From Ignavibacteria bacterium (GTDB taxonomy: Bacteria > Bacteroidota > Ignavibacteria > UBA10030): a DNA stretch of 64,000 nt. The notes beneath the pieces are model-generated. The model searched no databases. It had not been told where the DNA came from and worked only from the letters and a program-made list of their open reading frames with translations. Each line of letters starts with the position of its first letter. The stretch's first letter is position 1. Location of the stretch: assembly GCA_016873805.1 (NCBI GenBank), contig VGVZ01000004.1, positions 66,864-130,863 on the forward strand, in the 5' to 3' direction. This document shows positions 22,462 to 32,774 of the stretch, piece by piece. Position numbers and translations under genes: made by a program.

Positions 22462-24693
22462 TCAGAGATTCCGCTTCCAGAAATCGAGCATCAGGTGATT
22501 CATGTGTCGACGACCTGCCATGTCCCCCACACCATGTTTCCGCATCGGATAAACCATCAACTCAAAGAGCTTGTTTGCTTTGACGAGTTCATCGACGAAC
22601 CGCCACGTGTTCTGGATATGAACGTTGTCGTCATGGGTTCCGTGGATGATGAGGAGTCGTCCGTGCAGGTCCTTCGCGTACTTCAGGAGTGAATATGTTT
22701 CAAACCCCTCCAGGTTTTCCTTCTCCGTCTTCATCATCGCCTCACCCCACTTGGTGTCGTAGAACCGGAAATCGGTGACACCGGCTCCGGCAATCCCCGC
22801 CTTGAATTCTTTCGATCGGGTCATAGCGAGGATCGTGTTCGATCCACCCCCGCTCCAACCCCAGATGCCGAACCGATCGGGATCGACATACGGTTGCCGT
22901 TTCATCCAGTGCATGGCATCGACGAGATCATCCAACTCAACTTCACCAAGGGATCGCTTGAGAAAGAGGTTCTCGAGTTTCTTGCTGATTGCCGTGGCGG
23001 CGCGATTATCCACAGTCATGCAGATATATCCTTCGTTGAGCAACACGTTTTCCCAAACAGCGCCGAAGGAAAATGAATTGGATACTTGCGGTGCGGATGG
23101 CCCTCCATACACGTTCACGATGACCGGATATTTCATGGAAGGATCGAAGTCCCGCGGCTTCGTGATGTGCGCCGGAAGAAGGAAGCCGTCTCTCGCGGGA
23201 ATCTGTATCAATTCACCGGTTTGCAAACCGTACTTCTCGAAGCCGGCCGGATTGGGATCGGCAAGCGTCGTCTTCTTCGTTCCTCCGGTCTCATAGAGCG
23301 CGAGTGACGGGGGGGTGGAGATATTCGAGAAGCGGTCGAAGTAAAATTTCGTATTCGGACTCATGTTGATGGCGTGAGTTCCGGCCTCGGTCGTCAGCCT
23401 CTTCATCCCACTTCCGTCAACCTTGATTCGATAGAGGTGTTTCTCGAGAGGCGATCTTTCGAGTGCGGTAAAGTAGATCCAACCATTCTGTTCGTCGATG
23501 CCGGCCACCGCCTGCCTCACCCAGAAGGCTCCTCCACCCGAGGAGCGAATTGCCCAGTTTCCTTTCGTGATCTGATTGACAAGTTTGCCTTCGAGCGTAA
23601 AGCGATAAAGATGTTCGTACCCGTCTCGCTCCGAGGAAATGATCAAATGCTTGCCGTCCTTCAAAAAGAAGAGATCATCGGAGATGTTGATCCATCCCTC
23701 GTTGAGATCTTTCAGCACGTGTTTTGCCTTTCCCGTGAAGCGATCGATGAGATGGAGATCGAGTTCTGTCTGAAGCCGATTGTTGGTCCGGACTGCAACC
23801 TGCTTGTTGTTTGGAAGCCAATCGACGCGGATAATGTATTCGAAAGAACTTGGATCCAGTTGTGCCCAGGTGGTCGTAGAGCCTTCAATCTCGATGATAC
23901 CGACCTTCACGTCGGGATTCTTTTCGCCCACCTTCGGATAGCGCTGTTTCGTGACCGTTGGGGTCCATGGTGCGATATCGACATAATGCTGCACACTCAC
24001 CATCGATTCATCGGTCCGAAGGAACGCGACGGCCTTTGAATCTTTCGACCACCAATAGCCGATATCCTGACGTCCGAAAATTTCTTCCCAATAGACCCAC
24101 GACAGTGTGCCGTTCAGGATCGTCTCGCTTCCATCATTCGTCAGGCGCCGCTCTTTCTTGGCCTCGAGATCATACGCGTACAAATCGTTGGCACGCACGA
24201 ACGCCACCTTCAATCCGTCCGGGGAGAGATTGGCAGACCTTTCGGGATCGGGAGTGTCGGTCACGCGCTGGAAGGTCGCAGGAGCGAACTCGAGAACAAA
24301 GAGATCGCCGCCAATCAGGTAGAGTCCGCGCGTTCCGTCTTTCGTGATTTCGCTCGGCATCGGAGGGAGGAAGGGTGCCTTTCCTTCGGGAAAGAAAGTC
24401 TTGAAGTGTTCGAGCGCTTTCGCAGCATCAACGTGCGGAGCGCGCTTTCCGTCAGCCGGATTGAAACGCTCGAGTGTCCGCTCCATAGGCGGCTTACGCG
24501 TGTCGTAGATCAGTGCCGTATTGTCCTCCAACCACCACACGCGCGGGGTGGAGAATGCCTGCATGATGGTCGGATCGTTCATGTTGTCGAGCGTCAAACG
24601 TTGCGGTTCCTGCGCGAGGAGAAGCAGAGGAACTAGTACTCCGACCACCACCACAAGCCGGGAGCATATCTGAAAGGGGCTGCGCTTGTTCAT
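22462..24693 (-). CDS. Dipeptidyl-peptidase IV-like S9 family serine peptidase
   Basis: It has the GWSGGG nucleophile elbow and a DPP-IV N-terminal beta-propeller. The start is chosen at the internal Met that gives a signal peptide (MNKRSPFQICSRLVVVVGVLVPLLLLAQ). Confidence 0.85.
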   Translation of the reverse strand: MNKRSPFQICSRLVVVVGVLVPLLLLAQEPQRLTLDNMNDPTIMQAFSTPRVWWLEDNTALIYDTRKPPMERTLERFNPADGKRAPHVDAAKALEHFKTFFPEGKAPFLPPMPSEITKDGTRGLYLIGGDLFVLEFAPATFQRVTDTPDPERSANLSPDGLKVAFVRANDLYAYDLEAKKERRLTNDGSETILNGTLSWVYWEEIFGRQDIGYWWSKDSKAVAFLRTDESMVSVQHYVDIAPWTPTVTKQRYPKVGEKNPDVKVGIIEIEGSTTTWAQLDPSSFEYIIRVDWLPNNKQVAVRTNNRLQTELDLHLIDRFTGKAKHVLKDLNEGWINISDDLFFLKDGKHLIISSERDGYEHLYRFTLEGKLVNQITKGNWAIRSSGGGAFWVRQAVAGIDEQNGWIYFTALERSPLEKHLYRIKVDGSGMKRLTTEAGTHAINMSPNTKFYFDRFSNISTPPSLALYETGGTKKTTLADPNPAGFEKYGLQTGELIQIPARDGFLLPAHITKPRDFDPSMKYPVIVNVYGGPSAPQVSNSFSFGAVWENVLLNEGYICMTVDNRAATAISKKLENLFLKRSLGEVELDDLVDAMHWMKRQPYVDPDRFGIWGWSGGGSNTILAMTRSKEFKAGIAGAGVTDFRFYDTKWGEAMMKTEKENLEGFETYSLLKYAKDLHGRLLIIHGTHDDNVHIQNTWRFVDELVKANKLFELMVYPMRKHGVGDMAGRRHMNHLMLDFWKRNL

Positions 24694-24949
24694 AACAATT
24701 CCTTTCCAGCAATTCTCGGTGAAGTGAACTTCGTTCATAGGAGTCACACAGAGCGTAGTAAGAGGAAAAATGTTCGAAATCACAAGAGGATGAAAATAGT
24801 CACAAAATCGAGCGATTCCGAATGGTACCATCCAGCACACGCGTCCGGAGCGATTAAACGTTCCGACCGCCGTCACCATCCAAGGTGACACAGCTGGAAT
24901 TGAAATGGAATTTCTGCATATTGAAAAAGATTTCAGAACAGGAGAATCT

Positions 24950-26398
24950 ATGAATCATCGAACGCTTGTTCTCGCGATCATGGTGATCGCCCTGGCTCTC
25001 ACATCCGGCTGCACTCGCACGACTGACCCGTACGAACCCACTTCCGATATCCTCTCGCTTTCCCAAACCGAATCGAACATCATCGCTCTAACGGCGATGG
25101 ATCATTTTGATCTTACGCCGGAGCAACGCGAGAAGCTGAACGCCCTGATGAAGAAACATCAGGAGGCAGTTCAGGTTCTCATCGAGGAGCACAAGAAAGG
25201 GAACATCTCCCGTGAGGAGCTGCATGCCAGAATTCAGGCCCTCGAAAAGGAGCTTGAAGAGCAAATCAAATTGATCCTCACCCCCGAGCAGTTCGAAAAG
25301 TGGAAGCAGCACCAGGAGCACGTCAGGCAATTTGGAGGACTCCCGTACCCTTTGCTGATGCCGCTGGAACATCTGGCCAGGATTCTGGAGCTTGATGAAC
25401 GGCAGGTTCAGCAGGCGCGGGCAATCGTTGAGAAGGCGCTGGAGGAGATGCGGACAGCCGTGCAGACGATCGCGGATAGAAAACGCCTCCATGAGGTGAT
25501 TGCGGAGATCGTGAAGCGAGCGGAGGCTCAGTTCCGCAGCATCCTGACCGATGCTCAGAAAGCGAAGTACGATCAGCTGAAACGTCCTCAGCCCGTTTCG
25601 CTTCCCTATCCACTTCCATTCCCACTGGAACACTTGACCCGGGCACTTTCGTTAACCCCCGCCCAGGTTGATCAGGCGAAGGCCATCATCGATTCCGCGT
25701 CGGCAGAAATACGCAATGCGTTCCAGACGATCACGGACAAATCAGAACTGAGTCGCGTGATTGAGCAAATCCTCAAGAACACGGACGCGGCGTTTCAAAA
25801 TATCCTGACGGAGCAGCAGCGGCTTGTCTACGCGCGGATGAAGAATCCACAGCCCGCAATTTCCATCCCGTATCCTCTGATCCTTCCCCTCGAACATCTC
25901 GTGAGAATTCTGGCGCTGACCTCTGAGCAGACTGAGCTCGCCAAAGCGATTGTTGAGGATGCGTTGAAGGAAATGCGTGCGGCGGCGGAGAGCGTGAAGA
26001 ACAAGGATGAGCTTCGTGCGATGTTTGAAGCAATCATGAAGCGAGCGGATAGCCGATTCCGTGCACTGCTCACCGCTGAACAGGCGGCGAAGTACGATCA
26101 ACTCAAGAAGCCTTCGCATCAGCCAAGATATCCATATCCGTTGATCCTTCCTCTCGAGACTCTCGCGAGGGAGCTTGCTCTCACCCGCGATCAGGTTCAG
26201 AAGGCGAGCGCGATTGTTGAAACGGCAATGCGCGAGATTCGTCAGGCAGTAGATACCATCAATGACAAAAATGAGCTGCAGAAGGTTCTCGAGCAGATCA
26301 TGATGAGGACCGACGCGCAGTTCACCAGCATCCTCACTTCTGAGCAGATCATCAAGTACGAAGCGATCAAGAAGAAGGTGAGAGTCAGCGGCGGGTAG
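24950..26398 (+). CDS. Lipoprotein with five ~85-aa tandem LTXXQ (Spy/CpxP-like) repeats
   Basis: It has a lipobox (ALALTSGC). The repeated module is LPYPLL.PLEHL.R.L.LT..Q…A.AI….…KYDQLK.PQP. Confidence 0.7.
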   Translation: MNHRTLVLAIMVIALALTSGCTRTTDPYEPTSDILSLSQTESNIIALTAMDHFDLTPEQREKLNALMKKHQEAVQVLIEEHKKGNISREELHARIQALEKELEEQIKLILTPEQFEKWKQHQEHVRQFGGLPYPLLMPLEHLARILELDERQVQQARAIVEKALEEMRTAVQTIADRKRLHEVIAEIVKRAEAQFRSILTDAQKAKYDQLKRPQPVSLPYPLPFPLEHLTRALSLTPAQVDQAKAIIDSASAEIRNAFQTITDKSELSRVIEQILKNTDAAFQNILTEQQRLVYARMKNPQPAISIPYPLILPLEHLVRILALTSEQTELAKAIVEDALKEMRAAAESVKNKDELRAMFEAIMKRADSRFRALLTAEQAAKYDQLKKPSHQPRYPYPLILPLETLARELALTRDQVQKASAIVETAMREIRQAVDTINDKNELQKVLEQIMMRTDAQFTSILTSEQIIKYEAIKKKVRVSGG

Positions 26399-26531
26399 AC
26401 GCGCAGAGGCGATTGAGATGGAGAGCGCCCTGCGATTATTTCGCGGGGCGCTTCTATTTTGGTGCAGTAGTAGGACTCCGCTCGCTTTGCGATTCGCTTC
26501 GCTTTTCGCTATATTTTCAAGCAAGGTTTTT

Positions 26532-26939
26532 GGACGCTTAGCTCAGTCCCAATTTGCCTGAACTTCGCAAACGGAGTGCAGCGAAGTTCATGGTCAAATT
26601 GAGGATCCCGTCGCTTTTGGACGGGACTGGTTCAGCGAACGGCAACGAAGTACGCTTTACATCCAATGGACGCTTAGCTCAGTCCCAATTTGCCTGAACT
26701 TCGCAAACGGAGTGCAGCGAAGTTCATGGTCAAATTGAGGATCCCGTCGCTTTTGGACGGGACTGGTTCAGCGAACGGCAACGAAGTACGCTTTACATCC
26801 AATGGACGCTTAGCTCAGTCCCAATTTGCCTGAACTTCGCAAACGGAGTGCAGCGAAGTTCATGGTCAAATTGAGGATCCCGTCGCTTTTGGACGGGACT
26901 GGTTCAGCGAACGGCAACGAAGTACGCTTTACATCCAAT
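26532..26939 (+). repeat. Three tandem 136-bp direct repeats (26532, 26668, 26804). Each begins with the first 15 nt of tRNA-Val (ggacgcttagctcag) and lies immediately upstream of the intact tRNA
   Basis: The three copies are identical. Each unit holds two strong hairpins (gaacttcgc-N12-gcgaagttc and cccgtc-gcttttg-gacggg). Confidence 0.9.
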
Positions 26940-27014
26940 GGACGCTTAGCTCAGCTGGTTCAGAGCGCCTGCCTTACAAGCAGGAGGTCAGTGGTTCAAA
27001 TCCACTAGCGTCCA
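26940..27014 (+). tRNA. tRNA-Val (anticodon TAC)
   Basis: I folded it by hand. The acceptor stem is GGACGCT/AGCGTCC, the D-arm AGCTCAGCTGGTTCAGAGC, the anticodon stem CCTGC/GCAGG with loop CTTACAA, and the T-arm GGTTCAAATCC. Confidence 0.85.
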
Positions 27015-27204
27015 CAAATGTGGGATGCAGACTGCTGGAGAGGGAAAGTGGAAGCTGGTTCAGAGCGTCCCGTCCCACCGGGACGGGAAGCGTTCTGAAC
27101 TGGGCCGACCGGAGGGCTGACCTGTACGAGGTGAAGTACTCCAACAATAGTCAGGATTCGAAGACCGCCAGCAAGGGTGTGCCTGAAAAGCGATCGGGAA
27201 AGGG

Positions 27205-29139
27205 CTAGGGGGACCCTTCAATCTCCTCAATCTGTTTCATGAGATCTTCCCATTCCCAGTAGAGATTCCCCAGAGAGCCGCGAACATCCGTGTACGATTC
27301 AGTCAGGTGCTTCGCTTCTTCGCTTGACCGATAGGAAGCCGGGTCTCCAAGGCGAACCTCGATCTCGGCCTTCCGCGTTTCAAGCTCCTCAATTGACGCT
27401 TCCATCTTTGCCAACCGGTGTTTGAGCGGACGAAGCTGGCGGCTCAACTCCTGGCGCCGTTCTGCCTCAATTCTCCTTCTCTCACGTGACGAGGAGGCCG
27501 GTTGCGAGACGTTCCGGTCTGTCTCTTCATCCCGATCCATCCATTTCCGATCGAGGTACTCCGACACTGTGCCGAGGTACGTCCTTATGCCACCGCTGGC
27601 GAATTCCCACACGTTGTTGACGAGGGGATCAAGAAACGCGCGGTCGTGCGAAACAATTGCCAGAGTCCCCTCGAATTCAAGCAATGCTTCTTGAAGCACA
27701 CGTTTCGATCGCATGTCGAGATGGTTTGTCGGCTCATCCATAATCAAGAAATTGGCCGATCGGAGGAGCATCTTGGCGAGGGCAAGCCGGCTTTTCTCGC
27801 CGCCGGAAAGGACGCCAACCTTTTTGAACACGTCGTCTCCATGGAACAGGAAGCTTCCGAGCAAGGTTCTCAGGTGCTTGCGAATATCTCCTTGCGCGAC
27901 CTCTTCGAGCGTTTGAAGAACTTCCTTCGAGGGATCAAACTCCTCTGCCTGGTGTTGCGCGTAGTATGAGATCGAAACGTTATGTCCGGCCGTCACGCGG
28001 CCCGAATCATACGGTTCTTCACCCGCCATGATCCGGGCAAAAGTTGACTTCCCGGCACCGTTGACTCCGACGATCGCGATGCGATCGCCCCGTTCGATGT
28101 GAATGTTCAGATCGTCAAAGAGTGCGACGTCTCCATACGTCTTCTTCAACGCCTGAATGTCCATCACGATCCGTCCGCTTGGTTCCGGCTGGGGGAAGGT
28201 GAAGGTGATCTCGCGTTCATCGCGCTGCACTTCGATACGTTCCATCTTTTCAAGGCGTTTGATGCGACTCTGTACCTGGCGTGCTTTCGTTGCCTTGTAC
28301 CGAAAACGGTTGATGAATTGCTGGGTTCGCTGGATTTCGTTCTGTTGATTCTTGTAGGCGCTCAGGAGAAGCTCACGGCGAGACTCTGAGTCCTTTTCGT
28401 AGTACGAATAGTTGCCGGCGTACAGGTCGAGTCGACCTGCCTCAAGGGCAAGAGTCTTCGTTGTCAACGTGTCAAGCAAGCGGCGATCATGAGAGACAAG
28501 AATGACGGCACCGTCATACCGGAGGAGATATTCCTCCAGCCAGCGGAGGGAATCGAGATCGAGATGGTTTGTTGGCTCATCGAGTAAGAGGACGTTGGGC
28601 TCGCGAAGCAGAAGCTTTGCAAGCATAATACGCATCTGCCATCCTCCGCTGAACTCGTACGAAGGCCGGACAAAATCGCTGACGGAAAAACCCAATCCCA
28701 TCAGTACACGCTCAATCTTCGATTCCATTTGATAAGCATCAAGCTCCTCCAACCTGTGCTGCAATTCCCCGATCACTTCAAGAACCTGATGCGCAGAGAG
28801 ATCGTCCGTCGGTAGTCGGGAAAGCGTGGCATGCGCATCGTCGAGCTTCCTCTGAACAGAGAGCACGTCGTCAACGGCGGTCGCGACTTCGCGAGCAAGG
28901 GGAAGGTTGCCAGAGACGACGCCATCCTGGGGAAGATATCCGACGGTGACGTAGTTCCCTTTGTTCACACTCCCGATGTCGGGGGAGATCATGCCGGCGA
29001 CGATCTTCAGAAGGGTCGATTTCCCGCTCCCGTTGGAGCCCACGAGCCCGATTCTATCGTGCGGACTGACTGAAACGGACAATCCGTCGAACAGGGTGCG
29101 TCCGCCGAACGAAATCCCGATGTTATCAAGTGACAGCAT
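27205..29139 (-). CDS. ABC-F family ATPase (two ABC domains, no TMD)
   Basis: It has two Walker A boxes (GSNGSGKST, GVNGAGKST), two LSGG signatures and a charged C-terminal arm. Confidence 0.9.
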   Translation of the reverse strand: MLSLDNIGISFGGRTLFDGLSVSVSPHDRIGLVGSNGSGKSTLLKIVAGMISPDIGSVNKGNYVTVGYLPQDGVVSGNLPLAREVATAVDDVLSVQRKLDDAHATLSRLPTDDLSAHQVLEVIGELQHRLEELDAYQMESKIERVLMGLGFSVSDFVRPSYEFSGGWQMRIMLAKLLLREPNVLLLDEPTNHLDLDSLRWLEEYLLRYDGAVILVSHDRRLLDTLTTKTLALEAGRLDLYAGNYSYYEKDSESRRELLLSAYKNQQNEIQRTQQFINRFRYKATKARQVQSRIKRLEKMERIEVQRDEREITFTFPQPEPSGRIVMDIQALKKTYGDVALFDDLNIHIERGDRIAIVGVNGAGKSTFARIMAGEEPYDSGRVTAGHNVSISYYAQHQAEEFDPSKEVLQTLEEVAQGDIRKHLRTLLGSFLFHGDDVFKKVGVLSGGEKSRLALAKMLLRSANFLIMDEPTNHLDMRSKRVLQEALLEFEGTLAIVSHDRAFLDPLVNNVWEFASGGIRTYLGTVSEYLDRKWMDRDEETDRNVSQPASSSRERRRIEAERRQELSRQLRPLKHRLAKMEASIEELETRKAEIEVRLGDPASYRSSEEAKHLTESYTDVRGSLGNLYWEWEDLMKQIEEIEGSP

Positions 29140-29374
29140 GGGTGCAAATATACGAAAATTGTCGAGGGTCTTTCCTCAATTTGGGAAAAGACATAAGCCA
29201 ATCCGGAAGACGAAGATCTCTTTTCTTCCCAGGAGTAGAAAGAAACGACCCCTGATTTCCCGTCTCCGGGAAGCTGCGAATCCAAAATCCTTGAAAAGAG
29301 ATCAAAATCCAGCTGTATTCTACATTTATTGTTGGCACATAAGTTGACATTTGTAAATATAGATTTTCTGAAGG

Positions 29375-29827
29375 GTGAGAATGGAGAAGATGTCAGCGAA
29401 TACTAAGCCGACGTACTCGATCGGAACAGTCTCCCGCATGCTTGGTGTGTCGGTCCATACACTCCGCATGTATGAGCGGGAGGGCTTGATCATTCCCCAC
29501 AAGTCGGATGGCAATCACCGGCTGTACTCGCCGGCAGATGTCGACCGTCTCAATTGTATCCGTCGGGCAATTCTGGAAGAAAAAATCAGCATTGCAGGTA
29601 TCCGTCGGATTCAAGCGCTCATCCCGTGTTGGGATATCAAGCAGTGCTCGGAAGAAGACCGCTCACACTGCAAGGCGTTTCGGAGTCATGAACGCGGGTG
29701 CTGGACGTACAAGCACAAGAAAAATATGTGTGCGGAGCTGGATTGTCGGACTTGTGATGTCTACGAGTCGGCGATAGATTGCGGCAACATCAAACAACGT
29801 ATCATCGAGCTCGCCTTCGAACGTTGA
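29375..29827 (+). CDS. MerR-family transcriptional regulator with a Cys-rich C-terminal domain
   Basis: An N-terminal MerR HTH (YSIGTVSRMLGVSVHTLRMYEREGLI) is followed by a 50-aa segment with 7 Cys (CWDIKQC…C…C…C..C…C). The start may be at 29384 or 29393. Confidence 0.75.
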   Translation: MRMEKMSANTKPTYSIGTVSRMLGVSVHTLRMYEREGLIIPHKSDGNHRLYSPADVDRLNCIRRAILEEKISIAGIRRIQALIPCWDIKQCSEEDRSHCKAFRSHERGCWTYKHKKNMCAELDCRTCDVYESAIDCGNIKQRIIELAFER

Positions 29828-29933
29828 ATCGTCTCCATCCCTCCCGCGTGATGTACTCTTTTCCGTACGTCCGTTTGAATCTCATTCCAATGCACGATTG
29901 CACAACCCTCGTTGAGGTGTGAAAGGATTGTCC

Positions 29934-31166
29934 ATGAAACGACTGGTCATTCTTGGTGGTGGTACAGCCGGAACGATGATGGTGAACAAGCTCGCACCTC
30001 ATCTCATTCCGCGCGGTTGGGAGATCACAATTGTCGATCAATCAGAAACACATTACTACCAACCGGGATTTCTCTTCATTCCCTTCGGCATCTACTCCAA
30101 AGAGGATGTCGTCAAGCCGCGGCGCGACTATTTTCCAAAAGGCGTCAATGTCATCGTGAACCCCATAGAGGTCATTGATCCGAGGCAACAGTGTGTGCGC
30201 CTGATTGATGGCACGATGCTCAAGTACGATCTTTTGATTATCGCAACGGGCTCGCACATCAATCCCGGAGAGACCGAGGGCCTGGTCAACGGGTCGTGGA
30301 ACAAAAGTATCTTCGAGTTCTATACCGCCGATGGGGCTGTAATGTTGGGGGATCATCTGAAGCAGTGGAAGGGGGGAAGACTGGTGATCAACGTCGTAGA
30401 AATGCCGATCAAATGCCCCGTCGCTCCACTGGAGTTTGCCTTTCTTGCCGATTGGTGGTTTACCGAGCAGGGGATGCGCAATGAGGTGGAAATCGAATTC
30501 GTCACGCCGCTTCCGGGCGCGTTTACCAAGCCGGTTGCCTCGAGTCTCTTGGGGACGTTCCTCGAGAGGAAGAACATCAAACTTATCCCCGAGTTCAGCG
30601 TGGGACGCGTGGATGGGGAGGCACACAAGCTGGTCTCTTGGGATGAGCGCGAAGTCTCGTACGATCTCCTGGTGACCATCCCTACCAATATGGGCGCTGA
30701 GGTTATCGGGAAGTCGGGACTGGGAGACGACCTGAACTTCATCCCGACCGATCCAAAGACCCTGCAGTCAAAATCGTTCGAGAATATTTTCGTCATCGGC
30801 GATGCAACGGATTTGCCGACATCAAAAGCCGGGTCGGTGGCTCACTTTGAATCGGATGTGCTGCACGAGAATGTGCTACGCTTCGTCGAGGGACGGCCAC
30901 TGGTCGGCAAATTCGATGGACATGCAAACTGCTTCATCGAATCGGGGCACGGGAAAGCCCTGTTGATTGACTTCAATTACGATGTCGAACCGCTTCCCGG
31001 CAAATATCCTCTCCCGGGTATGGGTCCCTTTTCATTGTTGCAGGAAAGCAAAACGAATCATTGGGGGAAGATGATGTTCCGCTGGATGTACTGGAACCTC
31101 TTGATCAAAGGGGCAGAACTGCCGGTCGAATCGCAGTTCTACATGGCTGGAAAATATCGGAGTTAG
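29934..31166 (+). CDS. sqr: Sulfide:quinone oxidoreductase-like flavoprotein
   Basis: It has an FAD-binding GGGTAG motif and the length and pattern of SQR/FCSD-type pyridine nucleotide-disulfide oxidoreductases. It is adjacent to DUF1641 and sulfur-relay genes. Confidence 0.75.
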   Translation: MKRLVILGGGTAGTMMVNKLAPHLIPRGWEITIVDQSETHYYQPGFLFIPFGIYSKEDVVKPRRDYFPKGVNVIVNPIEVIDPRQQCVRLIDGTMLKYDLLIIATGSHINPGETEGLVNGSWNKSIFEFYTADGAVMLGDHLKQWKGGRLVINVVEMPIKCPVAPLEFAFLADWWFTEQGMRNEVEIEFVTPLPGAFTKPVASSLLGTFLERKNIKLIPEFSVGRVDGEAHKLVSWDEREVSYDLLVTIPTNMGAEVIGKSGLGDDLNFIPTDPKTLQSKSFENIFVIGDATDLPTSKAGSVAHFESDVLHENVLRFVEGRPLVGKFDGHANCFIESGHGKALLIDFNYDVEPLPGKYPLPGMGPFSLLQESKTNHWGKMMFRWMYWNLLIKGAELPVESQFYMAGKYRS

Positions 31167-31168
31167 CG

Positions 31169-31921
31169 ATGGAGACGACACTGAACAATTCCATGACGGG
31201 ACAGCGCCTGGAAGAAATGGAGCGAAAGCTTGATCTTATCGTCGAACAGCTCGCCGAGATGCAGAGCCGCCAGCGCGTCGCGGATGAGCTGAAGCAAGAT
31301 CTCAATCTCATCGGTAAGGATGTTTTCAATACGCTCGTTCATGAGTTGAAGGACATTACGCCCTACGTCGATGGGGAAGACCTCGTTCTGCTGGTCAAAA
31401 AGCTCCTGCGCAATGTCCGGAAACTCAATACCGTTTTTGATCAGCTTGAAAGCCTGCACATGTTGATGGAAGACCTCTCTCCTGTGGTCAAGGAATTCAT
31501 CATGACGCTGGTGCAGAGGTTGGATGAGCTCGAACGGAAGGGGTACAAGGAATTTCTGCAGGAAGGGATCAAGATTGTCGACACGGTCGTCACGAACTTC
31601 ACCCCTGATGATGTCCGCTTGCTGCGTGAGAACGTGACGTCAATTCTCCTTACGGTGAGGAATCTCACGCAACCGCAAATGCTTTCAACGGTGGATCATG
31701 CACTTGGATTCTTCGAGAAGATGGATATCGATGTGGAAGAAAAGCCGAGTCTCCTCGCGATCCTGAAGGAACTGCAGGATCCGGAGGTACGCCGGGGAAT
31801 TCTCTTTGCATTGAAATTTACGAAACGCCTGTCAAGTCAACCCGACACGCTTCAATACCTGAATACACGAACTCAACTGCTCTCAAAGGAGGAACACCGC
31901 AATGCCCAGGAAACAACTTAA
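31169..31921 (+). CDS. DUF1641-like protein
   Basis: An ATG 3 nt after the SQR stop opens two helical modules ending …LQDPEVRRGILFALKF…. The DUF1641 call is from recalled family features. Confidence 0.5.
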   Translation: METTLNNSMTGQRLEEMERKLDLIVEQLAEMQSRQRVADELKQDLNLIGKDVFNTLVHELKDITPYVDGEDLVLLVKKLLRNVRKLNTVFDQLESLHMLMEDLSPVVKEFIMTLVQRLDELERKGYKEFLQEGIKIVDTVVTNFTPDDVRLLRENVTSILLTVRNLTQPQMLSTVDHALGFFEKMDIDVEEKPSLLAILKELQDPEVRRGILFALKFTKRLSSQPDTLQYLNTRTQLLSKEEHRNAQETT

Positions 31922-32219
31922 TGGTCGTGCCATCGAAGTGACGGATGAAGGATTCTTGGTCAATCCCTCTGAGTGGTCCGAAGATCTTGCCCCGTTGCTG
32001 GCAAAAGAAATTGGCATCGATAATCTTACGGATGCGCACTGGAAGGTCATTCGCTTCATGCGCAGTGACTTTGAAGCGAAGGGTCAGATTCCCTCGATCC
32101 GCCGGATGAAAAACGAGGGAGGGATACCGACGAAGGAGCTTTATGAGCTCTTTCCCGAAGGACCAGCCAAGAAAGCGGCGTATGTCTCTGGACTGGGGAA
32201 GCCACAAGGCTGTGTGTAA
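31902..32219 (+). CDS. TusE/DsrC-family sulfur relay protein
   Basis: The 105-aa ORF ends …GLGKPQGCV with the conserved penultimate Cys. It overlaps the upstream gene by 20 nt. Confidence 0.75.
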   Translation: MPRKQLNGRAIEVTDEGFLVNPSEWSEDLAPLLAKEIGIDNLTDAHWKVIRFMRSDFEAKGQIPSIRRMKNEGGIPTKELYELFPEGPAKKAAYVSGLGKPQGCV

Positions 32220-32270
32220 GAACAATCACATCTCCTGGTCATCTGATCATCCAATGGAAGGGTACCAATA

Positions 32271-32774
32271 ATGACAAACGAGAAACAGGAAAAAATCAAG
32301 AAGGTCTCGATCGTCGTCTCTCGAGGATCGCTCGATGGTGTCTACCCGGGCCTGATTATGGGGAATGGCGCGCGCATGGAAGGGATTGAGGCAAATCTCT
32401 TCTTCACTTTTTTTGGATTGCACGCGATCACAAAGAAAAAAGTCAACAAGATCAAGGTCGCAACGGTTGGAAATCCGGCAATGTGCGTCCCGAGTGCCAT
32501 GGGTCCCGGCTTGCCGACATGGATGGGAGCGCTCCCCGGCATGTCATGGTTTGCCACCAGCATGATGAAGAAGGAGATGGAAAAGCTGGATATTCCGCCG
32601 GTCGGTGAGTTCCTCGAGATGATCCACGACGCGGGGGCAAAGATCTACGCCTGCAAAGCCACGGTGGACATGTTTCACCTGACGCCGGATGATTTCCTGC
32701 CCCAGGTCGAGGGAATCATCAACGTGGCAAAGTTCTACGAAGTGGCCGCCGGCGGCGAGATCATTTTCACGTAA
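32271..32774 (+). CDS. DsrE/DsrF-like family protein
   Basis: The 167-aa ORF has the size and Cys placement of DsrE2-like sulfur-trafficking proteins, and it sits beside a TusE homolog. Confidence 0.55.
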   Translation: MTNEKQEKIKKVSIVVSRGSLDGVYPGLIMGNGARMEGIEANLFFTFFGLHAITKKKVNKIKVATVGNPAMCVPSAMGPGLPTWMGALPGMSWFATSMMKKEMEKLDIPPVGEFLEMIHDAGAKIYACKATVDMFHLTPDDFLPQVEGIINVAKFYEVAAGGEIIFT

